From Macrostomum lignano (taxonomy: Eukaryota): a DNA stretch of 64,000 bases. Both the position numbers and the translations under genes were made by a program. Below the pieces are notes generated by a model, which saw only the letters and a program-made list of their open reading frames with translations, had not been told where the DNA came from and searched no databases. The DNA lies in the NCBI GenBank assembly GCA_002269645.1, contig NIVC01000827.1:339929-403928 (forward strand), in the 5' to 3' direction. How positions within the stretch are numbered: position 1 is the stretch's first letter; each line of letters opens with the position of its first letter. Shown one piece after another: positions 50,101 to 59,790 of this stretch.

Positions 50101-51475
50101 ACGGAACGAATAAGTCTCGGAGCTTTCTTTGAGCTTAGAACTTCGTTTGTTTTACGCCCCGTGGGCAAAGAACTCAAGATAGGCTATTGCTTATGGATCA
50201 ACGAATAAGTAGGATGTAGTTTATTTATTAGATATTATTTAATGTCAGTTATTAATTCGCAAGCAGTTTGGGATAGCTGATTAAACGACTGAGATGAATT
50301 GCGACGGCACCGGGGTGCTAAATTATAATAGAAAACTCTCTGATTAATGAACTTATTAAACTTGGTTAACAGTCGAAGCAAGTAAATAATTGGGTGCACG
50401 AATCAGCAAAGGAAAAGGTAAAGGAAGTAGAGGAACGGGGGAACTGGGAATGAAATTGCACATGAAACAAGGGGGGGTTTAAATAGAGACAGCAAGCAGT
50501 TCCGCGGGTGGGAGCAGCTGCTGGAAGCCACGGTGGGCACACTGGTCACAGCATGGGCAGTAACAAAAAAACCCGGGACAATAGTGCAGTTTAACAAACT
50601 TCCACAAAAGGATAATATTTATCAACGCGTGGAACATGCGGTGGAGCGATGTCTGGGAAACCCAAAACAAGCCACACAGGGGAAACTTCAGCGGACAGCG
50701 CGGGGACGACTAATTGCAAAATTAACAGTTAATTAGAGTTTCAATTTACAGTGGCATCCCGCCTGCCACACATGTTAAACTGCAAAAACAAAGCTTTTAA
50801 AATCAAATTTGTTTATAAAAACAATTTTCATTTATTTAATTCAACCGCTTAGTGGAAGTAAAATTAGTTCTTATGCTACACATAATTGTCTTTTTGCTTT
50901 GGTCTTCGAATTAAGAGGCACTACGCCTTCAGCTTGTCTTAAAGAGCTTTCCCAGTAAATGCGCAGTAATTAAGTTTTGCCGATGTGCACATGCAGTATG
51001 TCACTGCTGTTTTACTTAGGTTCCGAGACAGTAAAAAATACCTAAGTAAAATACTGCTGTTCTACTGCAGTTTGATAAGAATATTTTTTGGGGACAGAGA
51101 TGTTGATGGTTGGTACGCTCGTAGATGTGGGTTGAGATGGCTATCATTTTAAATTCAATGTTTCCAATTAGCGCATAATTAAATTATCTCAAGGTGGCGG
51201 CAACCGTGTTTGATCCTAGTCAGCCACCGGCAGCCTGGAACTCAGCTAAAGCCTACAATCCAGACAGTGCTCTCTTCTACCTAGACTGCAGCAGCACCTC
51301 CGATTCAGCGGCAACATCAAAGGCTAAACCTGAGACGCTTGATAAACGCCTAACCTTGGCCCAGGTGTTAAAACGACCAGAGGCTGCTCTGACTGGCTCT
51401 GTACTGCTGTTGACTGTACTGCGGGCGGGACCTTATCACGACCGCTGGCTTAAGGAGTGGTGGGATTCGCAGTGA
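35758..51475 (+). CDS. TTC4: TTC4/Cns1 TPR Hsp70/Hsp90 co-chaperone; exons 35758-35866, 36057-36282, 37785-38196, 51194-51475; no ATG in the first exon found
   Basis: IEALQALKFE; ARSYKEEGNYHFK...YTEGL...LYTNRAAA (TPR); WCDEAL; LRYPVLLLYPEFGQTDFL; C-terminal PPAAWNSAKAY; intron phases 1, 2, 0 join cleanly (1029 nt). Confidence 0.92.
36345..37780. repeat. 22-bp minisatellite (ATCCATCCCGCATCTATCAACA) filling TTC4 intron 2
   Basis: About 60 copies; the last unit runs directly into the CCAG acceptor. Confidence 0.96.
38237..39031. mobile_element. Non-autonomous TIR element (GCCCG[T/A]TGAAAACG[A/G]TACC ends) rich in GAGTCGC/GCGACTC motifs; a second diverged copy at ~39090-39481 + 42514-42540
   Basis: Inverted ends at 38237 and 39031; internal similarity between 38320-38420 and 39090-39190; TSD unclear. 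Confidence 0.65.
39482..42505 (-). mobile_element. Near full-length hAT transposon, 3024 bp; transposase with two frame disruptions
   Basis: TIR CAGTGTTGCCACT / AGTGGCAACACTG; perfect 8-bp TSD TTCTTGGC; BED-like CNVC..H..H finger, FPDSKIA..FSCGRTK, SISYDES, SDG, CTLH, HGNADAERF dimerisation region (ORFs 42180-41605, 41663-40569, 40539-40123, 40040-39693). Confidence 0.93.
43240..43430 (+). mobile_element. Mariner transposase C-terminal relic
   Basis: VVPHLPYSPNLAPYDF*LF resembles the HPPYSPDLAPSDF motif; contains stop codons. Confidence 0.75.
44546..47769 (-). mobile_element. Degenerate CACTA/EnSpm transposon: Tnp2-type transposase (47769-~46060) plus second ORF(s) (~45975-44546); termini not located
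   Basis: FHFDGVDL, KPD..FL..FVDEL, ICDTPARA, CTKC, DPMHLILLG, FLLLHVA, NVHSLAH...AFPFEN; multiple frameshifts; a duplicate ORF2 fragment at ~42740-42810. Confidence 0.88.
49915..50750 (-). mobile_element. Solo-LTR-like sequence, with a block related to the U5 of the 6247 LTR
   Basis: Minus-strand start TGTAAAT; CTATTTAAAC TATA-like box at ~50480; TGGCAGC.CTAC..CTACTGAGAGT block resembles 7128-7157. Boundaries and TSD not confirmed. Confidence 0.35.
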
Positions 51476-51858
51476 CTGGGAAATCTGACTAATTTTATGA
51501 TCATTTATGATGAATTTTGATATCTTGTAAACTGGGGTTGTTACCAATTTGTAAGCGGTGATTGTCTGTCTGTTTGTCTTCAAGTCGGCGCACGTTTGTT
51601 AATAAAATATTATTTTTTCGATGAACTTGTTTATTTTCTTTATTCATTTGAATAAGGTCATCTTTATATATCTATATATCTTAGCTATCTTTATAACTAA
51701 GATAGGAGTAAGGTCAGATTCCCTTGTGCTGAGGGTGTATATACCTGAGGATTTATAGTCAGGGACCGCTGTACACCTTAGTTATAGACAGGCTAGCATG
51801 TCTCTGATAGTTACTTTTGGTTAACAAAGACACAGTCACCATGACTGATTGATACCTA

Positions 51859-52419
51859 CGAGGGGTGTCCAAAAGTAGTGGGAATTTTCAACATAACTCA
51901 TAGTTGGATTCAGATAGATAAACAGCGCTGAGGTTAAATGAAAGCGGCTTTATCTATCTATAACATACTTTTTGAATTTTGTAAATACCTACCGGCATTC
52001 AGAAGTTATGTCCAATCTAGTACCGTGCCCAAATTCCAAAATTCCAAAACAACAAAACAACATTCCAAAACAACAAAACATGACTATCGATCTGTAAGAG
52101 CATATCTATTGAAGTTCTTAACACGATAGTTAGTCACACTCAAATATCCTTGTCGTTAGGGATGGAGACCTTTACGTTCGTAGTCACCGTTGCAGTTGAC
52201 GTTCTTCTGCCAGCCAAGTCAGACAAGTATGGTCGGTAAGGCAGAAGTTCAAACTTCATGCTTTGAATTGCCTCTACTGTCCTTGAAACCGTGTGTGGTT
52301 GTGAATTGTCTTGGTGGAGCATCGGTGGATTGATCACGGTACTAGATTGGTATTCAAAAAGTATGTTATAGATACTATGAGTTAGGTTGAAAATTCCCAC
52401 TACTTTTGGACACCCCTCG
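51859..52419 (-). mobile_element. 561-bp internally deleted mariner
   Basis: TIR CGAGGGGTGTCCAAAAGTAGTGGGAATTTTCAAC at both ends; left TA; remnants LHQDNSQPHT and LLPYRPYLSDLA. Confidence 0.9.
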
Positions 52420-52457
52420 AAAATTGTTAACAAAGACACAGTCACCTGACTGATTGA

Positions 52458-53021
52458 TTGCTGGATTGGCCATCCATCCGTCGCTTATTATTCTACCCAG
52501 CTGTCACCAAGTCGCTGACGTGGCGACTGCTTGGCCTGTCTGACTGGTACAACCGTATCGATGAGCATCTCGTGCTGGGCGCGCTGCCATTGGCTAGAGA
52601 ATTCCAGTCTGTAGCAAAATCTGAGAGCATCAAAGCTGTACTGAGTATAAACGAACCGCACGAGGTTAAGCCGGCTTGGGTTGTTGGGGAGAAAGAGTGC
52701 CGCAGGCTGGGCCTAGCTCGGATGCAACTATCTGTACCAGATTTTGGCGGTCATTCGCCAAGCGCTAGACAGTTGCAGAAATGCTGCGATTTTATCGAAT
52801 CAACGGTTGTTAAGGGCGGCAGCGTGTACTTGCACTGCAGAGCTGGTAGGACTCGAAGCGGCACAGTGGCCGCGGCTTATCTAATGCGGCGCCATCGGTC
52901 CCTGGCGCCAGTGGATGCGTGCGATAGATTGCGCGCCAAACGGCCCAGCTTACTGTTGAATCGGCCTCAGCTGGATGCGCTGCACGAATTCTGGAGATTA
53001 GAGCAGGCTAGAGAAAGATGA
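52458..53021 (+). CDS. PTPMT1: PTPMT1 mitochondrial phosphatidylglycerophosphatase (dual-specificity phosphatase fold), single exon, no in-frame ATG
   Basis: RRLLFYP; WYNRIDEHLVLGALP; NEPHE; VPDF; catalytic loop VYLHCRAGRTRSGT (HCxxGxxRS); stop 53019-53021. Confidence 0.9.
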   Translation: MLDWPSIRRLLFYPAVTKSLTWRLLGLSDWYNRIDEHLVLGALPLAREFQSVAKSESIKAVLSINEPHEVKPAWVVGEKECRRLGLARMQLSVPDFGGHSPSARQLQKCCDFIESTVVKGGSVYLHCRAGRTRSGTVAAAYLMRRHRSLAPVDACDRLRAKRPSLLLNRPQLDALHEFWRLEQARER

Positions 53022-53438
53022 ATTCGATTTTTTACTGCGCTTGTAAAATCCCTAGATATTTGCTAGCATTTGAGTTTCCTAATTAAACAGATTAATCCAT
53101 AATGAAGTTGTCTGTAAAGTTTTTGGTCTCGTCGTTTTTCAATAATTTCTTTAATTTTTTACCATTTTGAATGCTTTGCACTACTAAAATAGTAATCTGT
53201 AGGGTAGGCGCGCCTCACTTCCTTGAAGAATCTCCACCAATTCCCCTGAAGTATATCCACCAATTCCTCTAAAGAATCTCCACCCGTTCCCCTGAAGAAT
53301 CTCCATTAATTCCCCTGAAGAATCTTCACCAATTCCTTTAAAATATATATATATCTTACATTTAATTTAGGTTTCGCAGCAGACAATGTAATTCATTGTA
53401 ATTGCTACGTAATTATTTTGTACTTTAATTTATTTCAG

Positions 53439-56400
53439 GAGAATTCAAAGCCGTATACAGCCTTGCTGCTGTTTCGTTTCTTTTTTATATTTTTGCCACA
53501 AACTGGCTATCTGCATCCGGATGAGTTTATGCAGTCAATTGAGATTTCTGCGGGTAAGAAATATATTTGTTTTCTTCCCTCCCACTAGCGCACGAACCGC
53601 CCCCTCAATTTATTTCCCTGCCCGCTAGCACACTAACCACCCCCTCAATTTATTTCTCTGCCCGCTAGTGCACTAACCACCCCCCTCAATTTATTTCTCT
53701 GCCCGCTTGCACACTAACCACCCCCCCCCTCAGTTTATTTCCCTGCCCGCTAGCGCACTAACCACCCCCCTCAATTTATTTCTCTGCCCGCTTGCACACT
53801 AACCACCCCCCTCAGTTTATTTCCCTGCCCGCTAGCGCACTAACCACCCCCCTTAATTTATTTCTCTGGCCGCTTGCACACTAACCACCCCCCTTAATTT
53901 ATTTCTCTGACCATTTTTATGACCAACCGACCAGCTACCAAGCTAGCAAGCTGTGTAACCGTATGTATTTCTATCTTTGAAAATCGCAGGCGACCTCCTC
54001 GGTGTCCGAACCAGCTCGCCACCCTGGGAGTTCACCGTTGATCGTCCAATCCGTAGCGCCGCCATACTCCATCTGTTCTATCACGGCCCGCTACTATTAT
54101 TTAAACATCTGCTAGTGGACGGTTTCTCTTGGTACGTTGACGCCTACTTTGTTGTGATAGTCACCCGGCTGTCTATAGCAGTTTTGTCGCTAGCAAATGA
54201 CGCTATGGTAGCATTACTGGCTAGAGAGCTCGGTCTGGACACGTTTCGCTGCCTGTTCCTCTACTCTTCATCGTACATAGTCATGGTGCACGGTACTAGA
54301 ACTCTGAGCAATGCCATTGAGTCGAGTCTTCTAGCTATTGTTTTTATCTGCCTACTGTTTGCCTTGAATGCCTATTCCGCGCCTGGCAATAGTCGTCATA
54401 CACTAGTAAAGGTGCTCCTATCAACAGCCGGAATTGTCACCGCTATCGGGGTTATGAATCGGCCAACTTTTGTCGCCTTCGCCGCTGTGCCCTATCTCTA
54501 CACAGCCTGGCGTTGCGCCCGCTCGCTAGTCGATCCTATTGGCGCCTGTTTCAATTTTGGCGCCACAATTCTGGCCGCATTTAGCGCCGCATTTGTCTCG
54601 TTAGTGTTGTACGATACGCTGACTTTTAATCCGACATTTGCTAGCAGATTCGCCTCGTTGGGTATGGACGAATTTCTAACCGTGAATGGCGCTTTCGATT
54701 TCCTGTCAGATTTTGCGCGATCGGCTGTTGTAACACCCTGGAACTTTGTTAGGTAGGCAGTGCCTGTTTTCCAATGATATTTATGCAGTTCACAATATCC
54801 TAGGAACCTATCACACTCCGCTTTCCTACCCCTTATACAGCCACCTCACTCCGCTTTCCTACCCCTTAAGCAGCCACCTCACTCCGCTTTCCTACCCTTT
54901 ATGCACCCACCTCACTCCGCTTTCCTACCCTTTATGCACCCACCTCACTCCGCTTTCCTACCCTTTATGCACCCACCTCACTCCGCTTTCCTACCCTTAT
55001 GCACCCACCTCACTCCGCTTTCCTAACCCCCTGTCGTAACCCGGGTCGGTTCGGGTGCCCAGCCCAAATAAAATACGGTGGTACCTGCAGGCGTTGTGAC
55101 GCTCTGCCAATATGGTATTACTGCTGACAGGCGTTATGACGCTCTGAGTACCAGGTTGCTCGTTCTGGCGTGATGACGCTCAGAACTAGCGTTGCCCCCA
55201 GAGGTGTTGCGACACTCTGGTGCTTATACAGTGGGTATACAGTATAAGTAAAAATAAAGTATGATATACAGGGTCCGCTCTCCTGGCGTTATGACGCTTT
55301 GGCGAGAATTTACTGTAATCTCTCAAGCTTCCCAGGAAAGACTGTGTTAAAACAGGCGGCTTACCGGTAGCCGAGTTATGAGATGCGCGTTTGCCCTGTG
55401 GCCGAGCTATCAGATGCACGTGTACCCTTTTTGGGTCGTTGTTGATTTTATTTGACGCGTTGAACAACTTGAGACTTTGTTAAAGTCACAGTACGAAGGA
55501 GCAAGAAAATTCCGAAGAAAAAAAGGCGAGTCAGAAAAACCTGGAGCGCAAATTAATATTAAATACCACCACAGGCTTAGGTTTAAGGGGGGGGCAGATG
55601 GCTTCACCGGCTGAGCCCACAAAAATTAGAGCAAAATAACAAACGCACTGGTCAGCCAATCAAAACCCCGCCTAGGGGGGGGGGGCGCTCCCACGCTAAA
55701 GCCGGCCCGGCCGCAGCCAACCAGCCCTGAGCACGGGGCAGGGGACACGGCTAGGGAGGGGCACGCGCAAAGCCCGGCCGCCAGCCAGACCCTGCCACGC
55801 CCGCCAACCCCCTTGCCAGCCCCAAAGTGCATCGCGCCCTGCAAACCGACAAGGGCGCATGCACTACACCCTTATGCACCCATCTCACTCCGCTTTCCTA
55901 CCCCTTATGCAGCCACCTCACTCTGCTTTCCTACCCCCTTATGCACCCACCTCACTCTGCTTTCCTACCCCTTATGCACCCACCTCAGTCCGCTTTCCTA
56001 CCCCCTTATGCACCCACTTCACTCTGCTTTCCTACCCCTTATGCACCCACCTCAGTCCGCTTTCCTACCCCCTTATGCACCCACTTCACTCTGCTTTCCT
56101 ACCCCCTTATGCACCCACCTCAGTCCGCTTTCCTACCCCCTTATGCACCCACCTCACTTCGCTTTATTTCCACCCTTACCTCACCATTTCTCTTTCCTCA
56201 GCTACAACTCTCAATCGGAGAACCTGGCTCAACACGGTACACACCCTCGCTGGCTTCACCTGATCAATCTGGCTTTGTTGCTAGGCCCAGCTGCCCCAGT
56301 ATTCGTCCGTCACGCCTGGGCTACTCTACGACAGTCGGCTCAGCAGCAGCAGCAACAGCAGCAGCAGCTCAGTAAAGCTATTGTTCTCGCCTGTCTAGTA

Positions 56401-57054
56401 CCTTTAGCCGCTCTATCACTGTTTCCGCATCAGGAGCTTCGCTTCTTAGTCCCGCTGTTGCCCTTAGCAACCGTGTGCGTCGCTCAACGACTCCGCTGTC
56501 GCCTGCCAATATTTAGCTTCGCCTTGCCCTGGATCGCTTTCAACGCTATCGCCGTGATTGGCTTGGGATTTCTGCACCAGGGCGGCGTCCTCCCCATGAC
56601 CGCTCATGTTGGCGAGCTGATTCGCTCGACCAATAGTCGACTGCAGCCACAGCAGGAGCCTCTCTGCCATCGGTTGCTGTTCCTAGGCACTTATCCGCCG
56701 CCGCAGCACACCCTGCTACTGCCGCAGTCTACCTGTGTACAACTCGAAGATCTCATGGGCAACCGGACTGCGCTGGAGTCCCGGGCTGCCCAGCTTCGAT
56801 CGGATCGAGTCGCCTCAGTCTATGCCGTGTTCTCCGCAGTTCACGCCGATCCCGTTAGAGCCGCATTCGCTAAATCTCGCTACGGTTTAAAGTACGCAGC
56901 CAGGGTGTACGGCCACCTGTCCGCTGAGAGCCTACCCCCGGCCAGGAGAGTGTTGGCGCGCCTGTCCGAGTCTTCTTCGCCAGTTGTCGAAGCCGGACGA
57001 TCGCTGTCCGAGGCTCTGTCCATTATGGTGTTTCATCTTGTGTTAACCGCCTAA
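53439..57054 (+). CDS. PIGZ: PIGZ/SMP3 GPI mannosyltransferase 4; exons 53439-53553, 53990-54752, 56202-57054; no ATG in exon 1
   Basis: PQTGYLHPDEFMQS; PPWEF...PIRS; TRTLSNAIES; NRPTF; YN..NLAQHGTHPRWLH; FPHQELRFLVP; GFLHQGGVLP; phases 1 and 2 join cleanly (1731 nt, 576 codons plus stop). Confidence 0.95.
53570..53905. repeat. ~41-bp minisatellite in PIGZ intron 1
   Basis: GCACTAACCACCCCCCTCAATTTATTTCTCTGCCCGCT units. Confidence 0.92.
54810..56165. repeat. 32-33-bp minisatellite in PIGZ intron 2, split by an ~840-bp TG...CA insertion (55032-55868)
   Basis: CACCCACCTCACTCCGCTTTCCTACCCCTTATG units on both sides of the unique insert. Confidence 0.88.
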
Positions 57055-57109
57055 CTTGCTGGTTCTTCTGTCATAGAGCTCTGGAGGTAGGGAAATTTCT
57101 ATCTCACTC

Positions 57110-57435
57110 CATTTTCCTGTCCCTAGACACCCACCTCACTCCACTTTCTAGCCCCTAGACACCCACCTCACTCCACCTTCTAGCCCCTAGACACCCACCT
57201 CACTCCACTTTCTAGCCCCTAGACACCCACCTCACTCCACTTTCTAGCCCCTAGACACCCACCTCACTCCATTTTCTAGCGCTAGACACCCACCTCACTC
57301 CACTTTCTAGCCCCTAGACACCCACCTCACTCCATTTTCTAGCGCTAGACACCCACCTCACTCCACTTTCTAGCCCCTAGACACCCACCTCACTCCATTT
57401 TCTAGCGCTAGACACCCACCTCACTCCATTTTCTA
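57110..57435. repeat. 32-bp minisatellite sharing the CACCCACCTCACTCC core with the PIGZ intron-2 repeat
   Basis: CCCCTAGACACCCACCTCACTCCACTTTCTAG units. Confidence 0.92.
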
Positions 57436-58004
57436 CCCAAAAACTCCTATTTCACTCTATTGTCTCAACCAAATGCTGCAATAATCTCTTATATTCATTT
57501 TGCAATTTATAGATTTATCCATTCTATAAACGCACCTTGATCTGTCAGTGAATTTGCATGTTTGTTTCAATTTTTTCTACTTTTTAATCTTATAATTTTG
57601 TGCTATCCGAATTTTCAATAGAAAATCAGTATTTATCGATATTACTTAATGCTTAGTTTTGTACAATAAATCGATTATTTAACATCTGTAGTTTTTAATT
57701 ACTATTACTTCATGCTTATATTTAGTTTTACTCACACGGAATTGCTCATACAAAGTTAATGCACATTCACTAGTATTGCTACTCTAAGTAACAATTAACA
57801 GCTTTTTCTCTTTGATTTTTTGCATAAAAATGCATTATTAATTCCGTCTTGTCTACGTTGTCAAGAACATGAATTTTATTCTCCATATTATTACACAATA
57901 TATTAAGGACAGGTGCAATAAATACGGTTTTTCATATTTCATTCTTGTAACAATAAGCTACCAAATCAGATGACTTTGCTTGGTTTAAGTTTTTTTATAA
58001 TCGA

Positions 58005-58285
58005 CCCCATCCGAATCTCTACCCCAAGCTCATCGACCCCATTCCGATCTCTACCCCAAGCTCACCCACCCCATCCCCATCTCTACTCCAAGCTCACCCA
58101 CCCTACCCCGATCTCTACCCCAAGCTCACCCACCCCATCCCCATCTCTACTCCAAGCTCACCCACCCTACCCCGATCTTTACTCCAAGCTCACCCACCCC
58201 ATCCCCATCTCTACTCCAAGCTCACCCACCCTACCCCGATCTTTACCCCAAGCTCACCCACCCCACCCCATTCTCTACCCCAAGC
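58005..58285. repeat. ~32-bp C-rich minisatellite
   Basis: CTCTACCCCAAGCTCACCCACCCTACCCCGAT units. Confidence 0.9.
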
Positions 58286-58555
58286 TTACGGTCGTTCATC
58301 GCAAAGACGCAACATTTCTTGATTACACCGTCTGAGTGTTTTTAGATGCGTTTTTTGAAGAAAAAAATCTACATTAACCTCAGTCTTCAGTTTCCTTAGC
58401 CAATCGCGTGGCTGACTGTGTTGGAAGAACCGCATTGGCTAGCAGAACTGGAATTTATGCATAAAAATTTCTTAGTAAAAATGTACCAATGGACTGCAAA
58501 AATATACATAAAAATACTCATTAATTGACACTTCTTATTGAAAAACAAGAAAGGC

Positions 58556-59244
58556 ATGCAGTCTGGAAACAGTCGGAATCCACTGTTGCAGCAGCAGCAG
58601 CAGCAGCAGCAACAACACAGTTTAATGCCGCAGCAGTTGCAGCAACAACGGCAGCAGCAGCGGCGGTCTGCCAGTTTTCGCGGTTGTCCACCAGCTGGCG
58701 GGCGACGCCCTCTGCTGTCCGATTCGAGCTCCCTGCAGCAGCCGCAGCAACAGCGGCCTGAGAGTCCTATGGGTGAGGCATGCAACCACGCCAATACTGT
58801 ACATGTACTTAGGCAAGCATTTGTACACCACGCTCACATAAGGTGTACAGCGGTCCTTGACTTTCTAATCGTCCGGCATTATAAGAGCCGTACACTCTGT
58901 CTGGACCAATTTTCGTGCAGAAGCGCGAGATTCGGACCTTGTCTGACCTACCCCGAGGCACAAATTTTTGCTTTGCTAACTAACGATCCAAAACAATCCT
59001 TGCTATAAGCCCCAGTAATCAATACAGTGCACTTACATACCGCACTCAGCCATCGACCCGTCCAAGCTGGCGCCAAAACGGTCTAGCTTCTCCGACGCCG
59101 TCAGCCTCTCCCCGGCGCGCCGCAGAAAATTTGCCACCCCAGCCCCGGGAGAATCCGAAGTGTTCGACCGGCGACTGGAGGACTCGTTGCGTGATTTGCG
59201 AATCATGCAGACAAGACAGCTGGCTCGTCAGCAGGGTGCCAGCG
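58556..59244 (+). CDS. First two coding exons (58556-58772, 59050-59244) of an unidentified polyQ/low-complexity protein that continues beyond the window
   Basis: ATG at 58556; CAG-rich Gln tracts; donor G|GTGAGG, acceptor ACTCAG|, donor G|GTGAGA; phase 1-1; exon 2 is open (AIDPSKLAPKRSSFSDAVSLSPARRRKF...RRLEDSLRDLRIMQ). Confidence 0.6.
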
Positions 59245-59289
59245 GTGAGAGCCATTCTCTGTAGAAATGTACGCCTTAGCCATATTCCT

Positions 59290-59790
59290 TACTCACTGCG
59301 CAACCCTCACCACCCATTCCTTTTCTGTCCTGCGCAAACCCCGACCACCCCGATTCCAATTCTCTGTCCTGCGAACCCCCTCGCCACCTCCCCATTCCTT
59401 CTCTGTCCTGCGCAGCCCCACCTCCCAATTCCTTCCCTCTGTCCTGCGATCCCCCTCGCCACCTCCTCATTCCTTCTCTCTGTCCTGCGAACCCCCTCGC
59501 CACCTCCCCATTCCTTCTCTCTGTCCTGCGAACCCCCTCCCCCACCCCATTCCTTCTCTGTCCTGCGCAGCCCCACCTCCCAATTCCTTCCCTCTGTCCT
59601 GCGAACCCCCTCCCCCACCCCATTCCTTCTCTCTGCCCTTCGAACCCCCTCCCCCACCCCATTCCTTCTCTCTGTCCTGCAAACCCGCTCTCCACCACCC
59701 CATTCCTTCTCTGTTCTGCAAACCTCCTCCACATTACCAAATTTCTCTGTCGTGCGTACAACCCACCCCCCACCACCCATTATTTCTGTC
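59290..59790. repeat. CT-rich degenerate minisatellite directly after the exon-2 donor
   Basis: CATTCCTTCTCTGTCCTGCGAACCCCC units. Confidence 0.88.

Noticed and set aside
55813-56201. N-terminal 130 aa of the 413-aa ORF 55813-57054
   Set aside because: Intronic minisatellite read-through; real PIGZ exon 3 starts at the acceptor at 56202.
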